A DNA stretch of 63,487 nucleotides, counting the filler, from Octopus bimaculoides (taxonomy: Eukaryota), in assembly GCF_001194135.2 (NCBI RefSeq). It is 6 parts of 6 records of this genome, joined end to end, with 100 filler letters (N's around TTAATTAATTAA, not from the genome) between each part and the next. Parts side by side here need not be neighbours in the genome. Positions count along the whole stretch, not along the records: positions 1 to 9,698 come from NC_068986.1; positions 9,799 to 26,523 come from NC_069002.1; 4 more parts are not named here. One strand, given 5' to 3'. Shown here in pieces: positions 1 through 12,172 of the stretch. The notes under the pieces are model-generated. The model did not search any database. It saw nothing but the letters and a program-made list of their open reading frames with translations, and was not told the DNA's origin. The position numbers were made by a program, and so were the translations under genes. The stretch's first letter is position 1, and each line of letters opens with the position of its first letter.

Positions 1-33
1 TCATCGTTGTCATCATCATCATCGTCATCATCG

Positions 34-71
<38 letters not shown>

Positions 72-126
72 GTCGTCGTCATCATCATCATCATCGTCGT
101 CATCATCATCATCATCATCGTCGTCG

Positions 127-164
<38 letters not shown>

Positions 165-176
165 GTTGTTGTTGTT
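1..176. repeat. (CAT/CGT)n trinucleotide microsatellite
   Basis: Directly visible catcat/cgtcat run at the window start. Confidence 0.95.
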
Positions 177-1202
177 ATTGTAATTGATTGTTTTAAGACG
201 TTGGATTCTGAAAATCGTTAAAGTGTTTGAAAAAACTTCCTTGCAACATATATTCCATATCTTTAGATTCTAAAGTTTAATTTTATCTTTTATTCCTCCT
301 GAGTTAATAAAAACGAGTAGCAGCCACGGTTCTCACACGTTATTTTTCTTTTTCTTCAGTCTGTCGTTAACACCCTTTAAAATGAATGTCGAACAAAATT
401 GGACTTGGACGAAAATACAATGGAAACACAATAAACCTCTTTTGTATATGGACAATCTGAAGTTTTAAACTTCAGGTTATAAACAACAACAAAAAAACAT
501 TTCTGAAGATAGTACAAAGGTCTACTAGTGGAATTGATATGGGTGACGGATTAGAAAAACAAATGAGTGTAATCTTGAAGGCAAGGAAATTTATTCATAT
601 CAATATTATACTAGGTAAAGAAACCGAGAAATGAAAATCAGACTAACAATTACAAAAAGCTAGGCGATAATGAACTAGACATACATAGTATGATACAGAA
701 ATACAGACGATAAATAAAGTTATAGTCACATTCTGATTAATACTTAAATGAAAAAACGGTACAATATATATAACATAGTAGGCCTCAGGTTTTTATTTGT
801 TTTAGTAATAAGTTATAGTTATAGTATTCTCCGTTGGGCATCAAATAAACAAGCATAATTTGAAGGATGAACAAGAAAAAAATCACAGCTTTTTGAGTAT
901 ATCACTCCAATTCAGATGCAGAAATAATAACTCCAGATTCAGTCGGTTTTTATATTTTAATTGTTTGAGTCGATCGTGACATCGATCGTGATGGATACCA
1001 TTTGAAGTGTTTAGTCGAATAAATCAGAACTTCTTTCTTTAAGTATTGTATTTTGCATGTAACTCACTTTTGCTGAACCATTACGTTGCAGGGATCTTAA
1101 GCAAACCAAGACCAGCAGTCGAGCTGTGCGCGTGCACATACATACACACGATCACACACACACATATATGCATACATACACGCAAACACATAAACACTCA
1201 CC

Positions 1203-1254
<52 letters not shown>

Positions 1255-1810
1255 TATATATTTGATCCTTTATATTGAACACTCAATANNNNNNNNNNNN
1301 NNNNNNNNNNNNNNNNNNNNNNNNNNNNNNNNNNNNNNNNNNNNNNNNNNNNNNNNNNNNNNNNNNNNNNNNNNNNNNNNNNNNNNNNNNNNNNNNNNNN
1401 NNNNNNNNNNNNNNNNNNNNNNNNNNNNNNNNNNNNNNNNNNNNNNNNNNNNNNNNNNNNNNNNNNNNNNNNNNNNNNNNNNNNNNNNNNNNNNNNNNNN
1501 NNNNNNNNNNNNNNNNNNNNNNNNNNNNNNNNNNNNNNNNNNNNNNNNNNNNNNNNNNNNNNNNNNNNNNNNNNNNNNNNNNNNNNNNNNNNNNNNNNNN
1601 NNNNNNNNNNNNNNNNNNNNNNNNNNNNNNNNNNNNNNNNNNNNNNNNNNNNNNNNNNNNNNNNNNNNNNNNNNNNNNNNNNNNNNNNNNNNNNNNNNNN
1701 NNNNNNNNNNNNNNNNNNNNNNNNNNNNNNNNNNNNNNNNNNNNNNNNNNNNNNNNNNNNNNNNNCTATTATTGAATTATAGATATATATATATACTATA
1801 TACTATATAT

Positions 1811-1889
<79 letters not shown>

Positions 1890-1901
1890 ACGATTGGCGT
1901 C

Positions 1902-2055
1902 CACAGTTTCTTTCTACTAAATTCACTCGCAAAACATCGGTCAGCCCGGAGTATAGTACAAGATACTTACCCAATGTTCCGCACTCTGGGTCTGAAACTG
2001 AAACCACTTTGTTGCACAGTGAGCTTCTTAACCACAGTGCCATACCTGCTTCTAT
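1902..2055 (-). mobile_element. tRNA-derived SINE family B, 5' fragment
   Basis: Reverse complement matches the head of the full copy at 27478-27878 (gcaggagtggctgtg...ttcagtccc...cttgggcaagtgtctt). Confidence 0.7.
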
Positions 2056-2859
2056 ATAAGGAAGTTATTTAAGTAGAAAACTACAATGGATATAATATGA
2101 TATATCACCACACAAATAAATAATAAAGAACATTAGGGAATAATAACTACAGATTCAAATAAAAAATTCAAACTGTTTTATCTCTTCAAGAAAGCTAGCA
2201 AATACATAGAAACTGAAGTAACAGAAATTTTATAAAATAAAAAAAAAATTTTTAAATGTCAGAAGCTAGCTAGCAATGTGCTACAAAATGTCAAGATAAA
2301 ACGATGTGCAGAAAACCCTCACATATCAAGTACGTTAAAGATCGAAGAAAAGATGGAGTTATACAGGAGAAAAATCGCAAGATCAAGAACACCACTACAG
2401 CAATTATTAAACGTTGTTTATGAAACGATTACAGTTGTGGGAAGATACATTTTATCATATTGTATGTGATGATCCATTTTTAGACAATTTAGAGTACATA
2501 TACGGTCGTAACATATTTGGGGCTTTTATGCTGTGGAATTTATGCCAGCATTATGAAATACCAACAGAAACAGGGTGGTATAATATACAATAAGAATAAT
2601 TTCAAAGAATGGCAAGGCGCCCGAATTTAGGGATATGCTAATCCAAAACTGATAGAAGAAAACAGTGGAAAAGTCAACCGGATTTGGTAGTGAAGGACTA
2701 CTAGGAAAAAGCACTTACTTCTTGATGACCTCCCATACGAACGCAGAAGCACATGATTTTCATATGTCAGCAAATCCTCAAGAGAAGTACTTAACAAGCT
2801 ACAATAAAAGTTGTGCATGGGTATGTTACCGTAAAGTAGAAAAGGTTGATAACACTGGT

Positions 2860-4640
2860 CAACAAAATTCGAACATTTTGCTGTCCCGTCAACTAAAGGA
2901 AGTGAATTTTATAGTACTTTTAACGTAGATTTTGAATCCGCTTTTAGAATTTTTCTATCAGGCATGGTTTTTATGCGACAAAATAATTAAATTATTCAAT
3001 AAATGTACTATATTAATGTAGAAATAAGGCTGACAATTATAATTGGTCAACAGAATTAATGAAAAATTCTGTACCACCGACAAAAGTAGGTGAACTTAAT
3101 AGCATTTTATCTGCAGAATTCGAAGGTTGTTTTCAGATTTTTTGTATACGTCATAATTTTTCTGTGATAGTATATGCAAATTGTTAAACTATTGTATTTC
3201 ATGAATTCAAAAATCAGGCTGATATTACAAGGAAACTTACCTTTGAAACGTAGAGGCGTATGATTTTCGACTGTATCTAACTTCTGGAACGTCCCATTTT
3301 AGTGACCAATAATAATCAGCCTGCATAGAAGAGCTCATCTTTCCTTGGTACCTGGTTTCCATGTTCAGAATGTCCTGGTGAAACCTCTCGCCGNNNNNNN
3401 NNNTCTTTCCTTGGTACCTGGTTTCCATGTTCAGAATGTCCTGGTGAAACCTCTCGCCGTGCTCGTCGCTGACAGCCTCAAGATTTGCAGGGAAAAAGTC
3501 CAAGTGAGAGTTGAAGAAGTGGAGCTTTAAGCTCATATTGAATCCCAATGCATTGTATGATACCAGTAACTATTTCACAATGTCAGAATGGTTCTTTGCT
3601 CTATGATTCGCCCAAAACTCCCTGAAAACTTTCTTAAATGACAGCCACGCAAGCCTTTTCAACATCGTTGAGCGCTTCATCAAACTTTTCGTCTCAGCTC
3701 CCTAATTTGTGGCCGAACAAAAATACCTTGATTTTTGCGTCACTTACTCTTGGAAATTTAGTTTTCAAATACGTGAATCCCTTGCTAGTTCTATCCATAC
3801 CTTTGCTGAAATTCTTCATCAACCCTGGCTTAATATGCAAAGGTGGCAGATAAATTTTCTCAGAATGAACAAAGGAGGGATTGATGACATTTGTCTCTCC
3901 GGGAGTTAGAGATCGTTTCGGTCACATATCCTTTACATAATGAATTTTCTTATCCCGACTGTCCCACTCACGGAGAAAGCAACGTAAATTAGTGTAACCC
4001 AGCTGCATTCCAAGCAAAAGGGCTACAAACTTTAGGCCATCACAAATATTCCCCTTATGTTCATCATACTTAATTTTTTGCAACAGAAGCTTCATACTCT
4101 CATATGTTTCCTTCATGTTACCTGCATGGGCCAGACGAAAAGAAGGAAACTTATTTCCATTGTGGAATGAAACTGCTTCCAAGCTTACTTTTCAAGAGTC
4201 AATAAACTAACGCCACTCATTCGTGCTATATTTATGGTTCAGTTCCTCCATAATAGAATATATACCCCTACAAAACACGACACCATCCTCAAGTGAGGAA
4301 AAATTGCAAAACCACAATGCCGAGCACGATAAAAACTAACTTTGATCTCTTTCTGCAGAAGATTCCAGCCCTTCAGCTTGGAACCAAGAACTTCAGCTTC
4401 CTGACTCAGATAGTTAGATTAATGATTTAATTAGGTTAATTCTATTCATAAACATTTAAATTAGGAGTATTTCTTAAAGCGTTAGCTTCACATTTTGAAT
4501 TCTGCATGCAAAAACATATAAGATACATGTATTCTTTTCCATGGGACAAATTCTTTGTCAGGCATTTGAACAAGGTGGCCTACCCACCTGACTTCCGTTC
4601 TACTCGGAAGTGTGTAAAATGCTTGGTCGATTAGCTTGAG
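2860..4640 (-). mobile_element. Degenerate DNA transposon, Chapaev/CMC-like transposase remnant
   Basis: Minus-strand fragments read AVSFHNGNKFPS..HAGNMKETYESMKLLLQKIKY..LLGMQLGYT..CFLREWDSRD (3922-4182) and KLHFFNSHLDFFPANLEAVSDEHGERFHQDI..METRYQG..ADYYWSL (3237-3548). The LH-x3-H and GERFHQ motifs fit Chapaev3-like transposases as I recall them. Multiple frameshifts; ends approximate. Confidence 0.65.
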
Positions 4641-5690
4641 ATAGGACCTCTGTGTTTGGGTCTTAGTCTTGTCGGCTGATTTTCAACAACTTTCTCGGGC
4701 AGTCCATGTGAAAGCAGTTTAACTTTGGAAATTTAAAACTGAACAAAATAAAATTTAAAAAATATGAAGAATAAATATGAAATATAACCGGAAAATTGTC
4801 GTGTTTTAATACCTGGCTAAAAGAAACATTGTAAAAGAGTAAAAGAGTATATGCACTTATACGTATACACATATATAAATTTGTCTGTATGTGCGCACAC
4901 GTATGTGTGTATGTATGTATGTATGTATGTATGTATGTATGTGTGTGTGTGTGTATGTGTGTATTATGTATGTATGTGTGTATGTATGTATGGAAAGGAT
5001 TAGAAGAAAAGAATGCGAAATGAGCGCGACGCAAAAATAAATGTAAAGTAACGTCAGGAAAAAGAAAATAAAAAAATTTCTTTTGCTACACAAAATAGGG
5101 AAAATAAAATTGTATAGAAACTGAATGAAGTAAAGAGAAAAGTGGAAATACTGAATGACAATAAATAGAATAACACCAAAACAAAAATATGGGGAAAAAA
5201 ACAGAATGAATGAAAAGAAATATCATAGACAGATAAATAGCCCGAAAGAAAATCTAACCCCCCAAACATTAATAAAAGTAAAAACAACCCTTTCAGAGCG
5301 TCGCCTTTCACTTCGACCACGTGTCCTTTAATTTCACTAGTAGTCAGTGTATTTCAATTTAAAAATGATTTTCTTTGTTTTTCGTATTCCTATGTGTGTT
5401 CAGAAGGAAACTGCTGGAGGTACGAGCTCATGATGTGTAGGTGTAGGCGTGTTGTCTATCTATGTACGCGTGTGTGTATGTGTGTGTGTGTGTGTGTGTA
5501 AGTGTGTGTGTGTGTGTAAGTGTGTGGGTGTGTGTGGTGCATACGTGCATGTAACGGTAAAATTTCACTCGTTTATATTCAGGCCTGTGAGAGTCAATCT
5601 TGAAATCGACCATATATGTGGTCCTTCATTGTCATGTGTGTATGTGTGTGTGTGTGTGTGCGTGTGTGTGTGTGTGTGTGNNNNNNNNNN

Positions 5691-5754
<64 letters not shown>

Positions 5755-5904
5755 ATGCATATGTGCATGTGATGTTGGTAAAATATCAGTCGTTTAAATT
5801 CAGGACTGTTTGGGTCATTCAACGAACCATACATACGCATACACACACACGCACATACAGACATACGCACACATACACGCGCGCGCGCACACAAACATGC
5901 ACGT

Positions 5905-5972
5905 ATGTATATGTGGTGATGGACAAGAAACAATAAATCATATTATCTCTGACTGCCCAGTCCTAGCTAATT
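5905..5972 (+). mobile_element. Short fragment of the R4/Dong-like zinc-knuckle region
   Basis: Reads CICGDGQETINHIISDCPVLA, near-identical to CRICGDGQETINHIISDCSILA encoded on the minus strand at about 8110-8180. Confidence 0.75.
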
Positions 5973-6452
5973 GTCTGATATTTATTTTGGCTCATAAAGA
6001 CATGCGATGAAGAATACCCTCTGGTTACAGCAGTCCAAAGCACTCAATATAAGTAGTTAAGATTTCATATGTGTTTAGATATACAAATAAAAAGACATGT
6101 GCATGGGCGTGAATATGATTTCTATATTTAATTTTTTTTTTTTCTAATTTCTGTCCTTCGACGCTACATGTCCGCAACGACTTATGTTTCAGATTTGATG
6201 CTGTATTTGTTATAAATAGCAGGTATCGATGTGACTGAGTTAATGTTTTACTCGTTTCTTGTTTAGGTATTTAACGCTGTTGACAATGCCTTATCGAATG
6301 GTTCTGTAGAAGTGTCGAAACCATAATGACATCCACCTGGCAACTGATGAACGATATATATGTTTGATGTGCTTACTGACTGTGAAACTTTTCTATCTTG
6401 TATCCTCGTTATTGCAGATTATCCTTCACTCAGGTTCTACTGGTATTGCATC

Positions 6453-6455
<3 letters not shown>

Positions 6456-6532
<77 letters not shown>

Positions 6533-6535
6533 TAA
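6456..6535. repeat. (TAT)n microsatellite
   Basis: Visible run. Further segments of the same array lie at 6648-6708, 7228-7298 and 8973-9070, between retroelement fragments. Confidence 0.95.
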
Positions 6536-6539
6536 GTAG

Positions 6540-6645
6540 TTTTAGTTTATCACTTGCTTTCACCGAACTACCGAGCGCAGCTCTATATGCCTTGGGTATG
6601 TGCTGTGGTTTACTGTGATGATCTTATTTTTACTATATTGAAAGT

Positions 6646-6648
<3 letters not shown>
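6540..6648 (-). mobile_element. R4/Dong-like retrotransposon, extreme 3' end (about 110 bp)
   Basis: Matches 7310-7410 and 45075-45182 (gctttcac..ctaccgagcgcagctct..gccttgggtatgtgctgtggttt..tattgaaagtg). Flanked on both sides by (TAT)n. Confidence 0.75.
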
Positions 6649-6709
<61 letters not shown>

Positions 6710-6711
<2 letters not shown>

Positions 6712-7215
6712 GAAAACTCACAGCTTATTTTGCTGGGTATGAGGAAAAGTGTATGCTGTCCACAGCTAGCAGACTAAGGTGACACTTGTCTACTGGTCAT
6801 GCTTCAAGAACCTTGTAAAGAATTCTTGCAGTTCCAAGCAATGCTGGTTTTTGTAGGTGTTCCACCTTCAAACTTGCACCAATCTTTTTCAGCCATGTTG
6901 GTAGTTGAGTGCTGGTAATTCCAAGTGCGCCAATTACTACTGGTATCACGTCTACTCAACTACTTGATCACAATCTTTGTATTTCCCAATTCAAATCGTC
7001 ATAGTTGTTTATTTTTACTTCTTTTGCATTGATCTTGTTGTCACTGGGGCATGTTCTTTTTTATTCACCAGAACAATGCCCGGTTTTCGATATCTGGTTT
7101 GTTGATCGCACTGGATCATTGCATCCCACCGAAGTGATGCTATCACCCACGTATTAACTCCTTGGATTTTATTCCATCAACACAATTTTAAGCGCAAATA
7201 CTCTATTCTTAGTGG
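6710..7215 (-). mobile_element. R4/Dong-like RLE retrotransposon 3' fragment (subfamily 2), degenerate
   Basis: Minus strand reads LQKPALLGTARILYKVL at about 6810-6860, with upstream RLE-like remnants. The 3' UTR abuts (TAA)n. Confidence 0.7.
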
Positions 7216-7289
7216 CTCTTTCATTTCTATTATTATTATTATTATCATTATTATTATCATTATTTTTATTATTATTATTATTATTATTA

Positions 7290-8412
7290 ATATTATTGTT
7301 CAGTAGTTTTATTTTTATAACGTGCTTTCACTTCACTACCGAGCGCAGCTCTGTGCGCCTTGGGTATGTGCTGTGGTTTGCTGTGATGCTCTTATGGTTA
7401 CTGTATTGAAAGTGTTTTGCGTAGGATGTGTGCAGTGCCCAGTAGTGCAATTTTCTGTATATTATATATATTTGTAAGTCCTGGTGTTTTTGTTATGTAT
7501 TTGTCTGAATATTTTTTTATTATACCTAAGGCACCTACTATGATAGGAATTGTTTCTGTTTTTNNNNNNNNNNACGTGCTTTCACTTCACTACCGAGCGC
7601 AGCTCTGTGCGCCTTGGGTATGTGCTGTGGTTTGCTGTGATGCTCTTATGGTTACTGTATTGAAAGTGTTTTGCGTAGGATGTGTGCAGTGCCCAGTAGT
7701 GCAATTTTCTGTATATTATATATATTTGTAAGTCCTGGTGTTTTTGTTATGTATTTGTCTGAATATTTTTTTATTATATCTAAGGCACCTACTATGATAG
7801 GAATTGTTTCTGTTTTTAGATTCCACATTCGAGTTACCTCTATTTCCAGGTCTTTGTATTTTGAAAGTTTCTCCATTTCTTTTCGAGAAACGTTGTATTG
7901 ATCTCTGACAACTATATCTGGTCTATTGGCCTTAATTTTTCTATCTCTGTGTATTGGCATATCCCAGAGTATAGTTGCTTTCTTGATCTCTGTGAGCCTT
8001 ATCTGGCGTGTGCCTATGCCAACTTTTTCTGTTGTTATTCCACAGTGTTGACATAGCTTCCAGTCTATGTAGATCTCAGCTCTGTCGTGTCTGTAAATAT
8101 ATTCCTTCTTAGCTAGGATTGAGCAGTCAGAGATAATATGATTTATTGTTTCTTGTCCATCACCACATATTCTGCATTTACTTGATATGTTTCTTTTCGT
8201 AATATATTTTAGGTAATTTCTGGTGGGGAGGCTTTGGTCTTGTGCTGCTATTATAAATCCTTCAGTCTCTGCTTTGAGTCCTGAGCATCTCAACCATTGG
8301 TGGGATTTTTTCTCTATTTCTTTTGCATTTAGTTTAGCCCAGTACTTATCATGAAGCGGTTTTCTTGCCAACGTTTTATCATGGTCCGTTGCTGTTCTAG
8401 TTTTAGATTGGA
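7290..8412 (-). mobile_element. R4/Dong-like non-LTR retrotransposon, 5'-truncated (zinc knuckle plus restriction-like endonuclease)
   Basis: ORF 7652-8371 contains CRICG..ETINHIISDC..RHD (CCHC), ILWD..I..NRPDIVV (RLE PD motif), KLSKYKDLEIEVTRMW, PIIVGALD and QKIALLGTAHILRKTL. The 3' UTR ends in (TAA)n. 7313-7563 is duplicated across a 10-N gap. Confidence 0.88.
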
Positions 8413-8454
8413 TTTCATTTGTTTTATAGCTTTTTTATGATCATTATTATAATT

Positions 8455-8960
8455 ACCTTTACACAGCTTCTAACGCTGGAGATATACTACGGTGTCAGTT
8501 GTTCACTACCAGAGAACTTAGGTAACACCTCTTATTTTTTGAGCACCTTCCGGAGTATTCTAGCGGTTCCAAGCAGTGCCGTGTTCTGCAAGTTCTCCAC
8601 CCATATTGTGGCCCCTATTTGTTCCACGTACTTTTCGAGATTTTTGCTCACTGTTCCCAGGGCTCCGACAATTATTGGTACGACTACCACCTTTTTCATC
8701 GACCATAACCGCTTAACTTCCCAAGCTAACCTGTCATATCTCTCGACTTTTCTTTCTTCCTTATCGCATACCTTGTTGTCAGCTGGGCATGCAATATCTA
8801 TGATCCAGCATAGTTTGTTTTCTTTCTCAATTAAGACTATGTGTGACTTCCTGTTCTTCATCTCATGGTCTAACTGAATCAAAATCCAATAGGATCTTAC
8901 CATTTCTATTTTTCACGATGCCTTCAAGTTTGTGGTCGTGGAAATAATAATAAAATTGAG
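8455..8960 (-). mobile_element. R4/Dong-like RLE retrotransposon 3' fragment (subfamily 3)
   Basis: ORF 8532-8903 reads HIVLIEKENKLCWIIDIACPADNKV..KVERYDRLAWEVKRLW..VPIIVGALG..LQNTALLGTARILRKVL. The 5' junction abuts (TAA/TAC)n. Confidence 0.85.
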
Positions 8961-8971
8961 TGATAATCGCA

Positions 8972-9039
<68 letters not shown>

Positions 9040-9300
9040 AAGTAGTAGTAGTAGTAGTATCATTATCATCAACATGCAAATATAGACATAGGGAAAATTA
9101 AATGCGTTTTTTTATATATAATACACCACCACATACCACATGCATGCGCGCGTATAATCCCCAACAAACAACGGTAATGACTCTTAAGTGATGTTGAGAA
9201 AGTGAGATAATCTAGTGAAAATAAATATCCACACTGACATATACGCACATATGAACAACGCGCGTGCTCTCACACACACACGCACATATGCACACACACA

Positions 9301-9391
<91 letters not shown>

Positions 9392-9851
9392 GTTCACATT
9401 CATATGTATCCCAAATTATTTTTTCTCACACACAAGCATATTCTCAACAGACATACACGTACACACACAAACAAATACGCACACACGCGCTCTAAAGCTC
9501 GTACACATATAAATAGACACAACCACGAACCCAAATTACCCCCACTTATGGAAGAAATAATGATTTTTTTTTTATTTTGAGGATTAATTTAAGGAAAATT
9601 TTCGTTTAAATCTCGCTTTAAGCTGCTCTGAGGACAGCTCTTTCTAAGAAAGAAGTAAAGTTTCTTTCAGGTGATTAGTGCTCTAGTCTGTTCTTGTCNN
9701 NNNNNNNNNNNNNNNNNNNNNNNNNNNNNNNNNNNNNNNNNNTTAATTAATTAANNNNNNNNNNNNNNNNNNNNNNNNNNNNNNNNNNNNNNNNNNNNCA
9801 TGTATATATGCATATACACATATATATGCACACACACACACACACACACAA

Positions 9852-9902
<51 letters not shown>

Positions 9903-9977
9903 CGTTATCAGCACGAGGCAGTGATTAGACATAAGCGTACTTTAGGTTAGTAAAAATATACTTATGAAATACCTCAA

Positions 9978-10113
9978 TTTCTAAAGGCAAATTCGCTGCA
10001 TTTACCGTGGAAAAAAAAACTCGATATCTGACAGGTATGGTGTTTTTACGCCTTTTTACCATAAGAGATAAATTTTTTTACTCCACGGTAAATGCAGTAA
10101 ATTTGCCTTTAAA
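9978..10113. repeat. Short foldback element
   Basis: taaaggcaaattcgctgcatttaccgtgga (about 9982-10011) is the near-perfect reverse complement of tccacggtaaatgcagtaaatttgccttta (about 10082-10111). Weaker pairing continues inward. Confidence 0.7.
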
Positions 10114-10163
10114 AGTTGAAATATGTCAGAAACATATTTTAACTCACCTAAAATTCGCATATA

Positions 10164-11583
10164 CACCCAGAACCGTGCTAATAGCTTAGGAGTGAAATTT
10201 AGGATTTCTCATTTTTCTGTGAATTGATTTTGATAAAACTTTTCCCAATTGGTTTGCACACTATGGCAACACCATTATCATGTTTTCATTATTCTGTGTA
10301 ACGTCCTTTCTTTTTTATGTCAGATTCTTCAGTTTTTGAGTGAAGCACACTAATAGCTTTTGAATGAAAATAACTCATCTAGACATTTTTTTTCAGAAAA
10401 TAGCGGTTAATGATACATATTAAGCATATACTGAGTATATATTTTACAGAAGACCATAATGATATTATAACATTTATTGACACAATAAATTATTTAGCCA
10501 CAGCTAAGGATTTAAGGAATATTGGCTGCAAGTTATGTGCGAAACCTGGACAAACAAGCAAAGTCCTTTTCACCGCCTCCGAACTTCCTCATGTACCGAA
10601 AACCACCAGAAATCGCACTCTCGGGACCAAGTCTTCAATGGGCCCAAAAGTACACGACGACGTTAGACATGAGATGTGTTCTGTTCGCTGACGAATCCAA
10701 GGCGACCTTTGACGAAGCTGACGGTTAGGCAAATGGTTGGGTCTATTTTGGAGATGAGCTTCACCAACATTTACGACGTCAACAACAGGGTAGAAAAGAC
10801 ATGCTGGAGACAAACTTGTTGGCCCAGCCAGAGTGCCTGAAGAGGTTAAAGTGACTGCAACTGCCTATTGCAATCTCCTGAAGGAGATCTTGGAACCCTG
10901 GCTAGATGACATGTTGTTATCACTTTTAAGGAATCTCGTATTCATGCATGAGAAAGCTCCCTCCCACTCTGCTAGGACCACCCGAACATCCCTAGAGTTT
11001 TACAGCGTATGAGGTGAAAGGTTAATGGTGTGGACGCTTGCAACTCCGGATTTCTATCCTATCGAAAATCTTTGGTCCATCATTAAAGAAGACGTTTATG
11101 CCGATGGACGCCAATTTACGCTGTCGTCTTATAGACGACAATCAACGCTGCAGTAGAGGCAGTCCAAATTGCTACCACTATGAAATTGACAGATTACGTG
11201 ACTAATAGAGATTTTGAAGCTATCCGTCGAAATGGCGGTCATGTGGCTAAATAATTCATTATGTCAATAAATGTTATGATATCATTATGGTTTTCTGTTA
11301 AATATATACTCAATGTATGATTAACATGTACCATTAACCTTCATGTTCTAAAAGAAAAAGTGTCTAAATGGGCTATTTTGATTCAAAGGCTGTTAGCATG
11401 GTTCACCCAAAAACTGAAGAATCTTAAATAAAAAAAGAAAGAACGTTACACAGAATAATGGAAACATAACAATGGTGTTGCCATAGTGTGCAAAGCAGCT
11501 CGGAAAAGTTTTATCAAAATCGATTCACAGGAAACCGAAGAATCCTAAATTTCACTCCTAAGCTATTAGCCATGTTCTGGGTG
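10164..11583 (+). mobile_element. Tc1/mariner transposon, DD37E (TRT-like), defective, with long TIRs
   Basis: TIRs of about 230 bp begin CACCCAGAAC after TA at 10162-10163 and end GTTCTGGGTG at 11583. Transposase remnants are VLFADES (D at 10690), FMH[E]KAPSHSARTT (10950) and PDFYPIENLWSII (E at 11064), with 37 residues between the second and third catalytic positions. Stops and frameshifts are present. Confidence 0.85.
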
Positions 11584-12172
11584 TGGGTGTGCTTGTGTGT
11601 GTGTGTGTGTGTNNNNNNNNNNNNNNNTTCTACAAGCTTTGTTAAGAGAATTTCAAAGTGAACATGGAAAGGGTTTATAAAAAAAGAACGGAAAACAAGG
11701 AAACGAAAATACCTCTCGTCAGCCACGGAAGTCCAGACAACAACCGCTTTTTCGGCACGTTAAAAGTGCGATGACTTTAAACGAATGGTACTTCTTGTAT
11801 AGTTGCGTAAGCGATATGCAAAATATCACCGAGGTGCTGGACAAACAAGGTAAATCCAGAAAACAGACATACATGTAGTTAGATGGATGGATATAGTCCA
11901 ATGTTGGGCTTGAATTTTATATGCGATAATGTTTCCGTTTCACTTAGTTCTGGGCGATTGTTGTATTGTCGAAATAGTTGCATTTCAGAAATTGCATCTC
12001 TTTATTCAGATTTTTATTCAGATCCTTTAAGATATTAGATTTCCTTAAATACAAAAATTATTACGTCCGGTAAATTGTTTCCTCGCTTTCTTTGTTAATT
12101 CAATGGTTTTTATTCATTTACTAATATATTCGTCACTACCGGTACAATATTTTCTTATTAAGGCGGTACAAA

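Noticed and set aside
340-480. Polypyrimidine-AG plus the short ORF MNVEQNWTWTKIQWKHNKPLLYMDNLKF as an exon or MULE/FLYWCH remnant
   Set aside because: Only 28 codons, with vague resemblance and no supporting downstream motifs.
1046-2059. Long ORFs made of X runs and YI/HT/CV/LS dipeptides (also 13617-14886, 27769-28748, 30462-31160, 34018-34524 and others)
   Set aside because: They arise from N gaps and microsatellites that lack stop codons. There is no coding signal.
3341-3458. Direct duplication around a 10-N gap (also 7313-7563 versus 7575-7815)
   Set aside because: Near-identical sequence on both sides of a minimal gap is the signature of unmerged contig overlaps.
9743-9754. TTAATTAATTAA islands between N runs (also at about 26568, 45228, 58706 and 62425)
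   Set aside because: An identical 12-mer centred in fixed-size N padding, with stops in all frames. This is a scaffolding linker, not biology.
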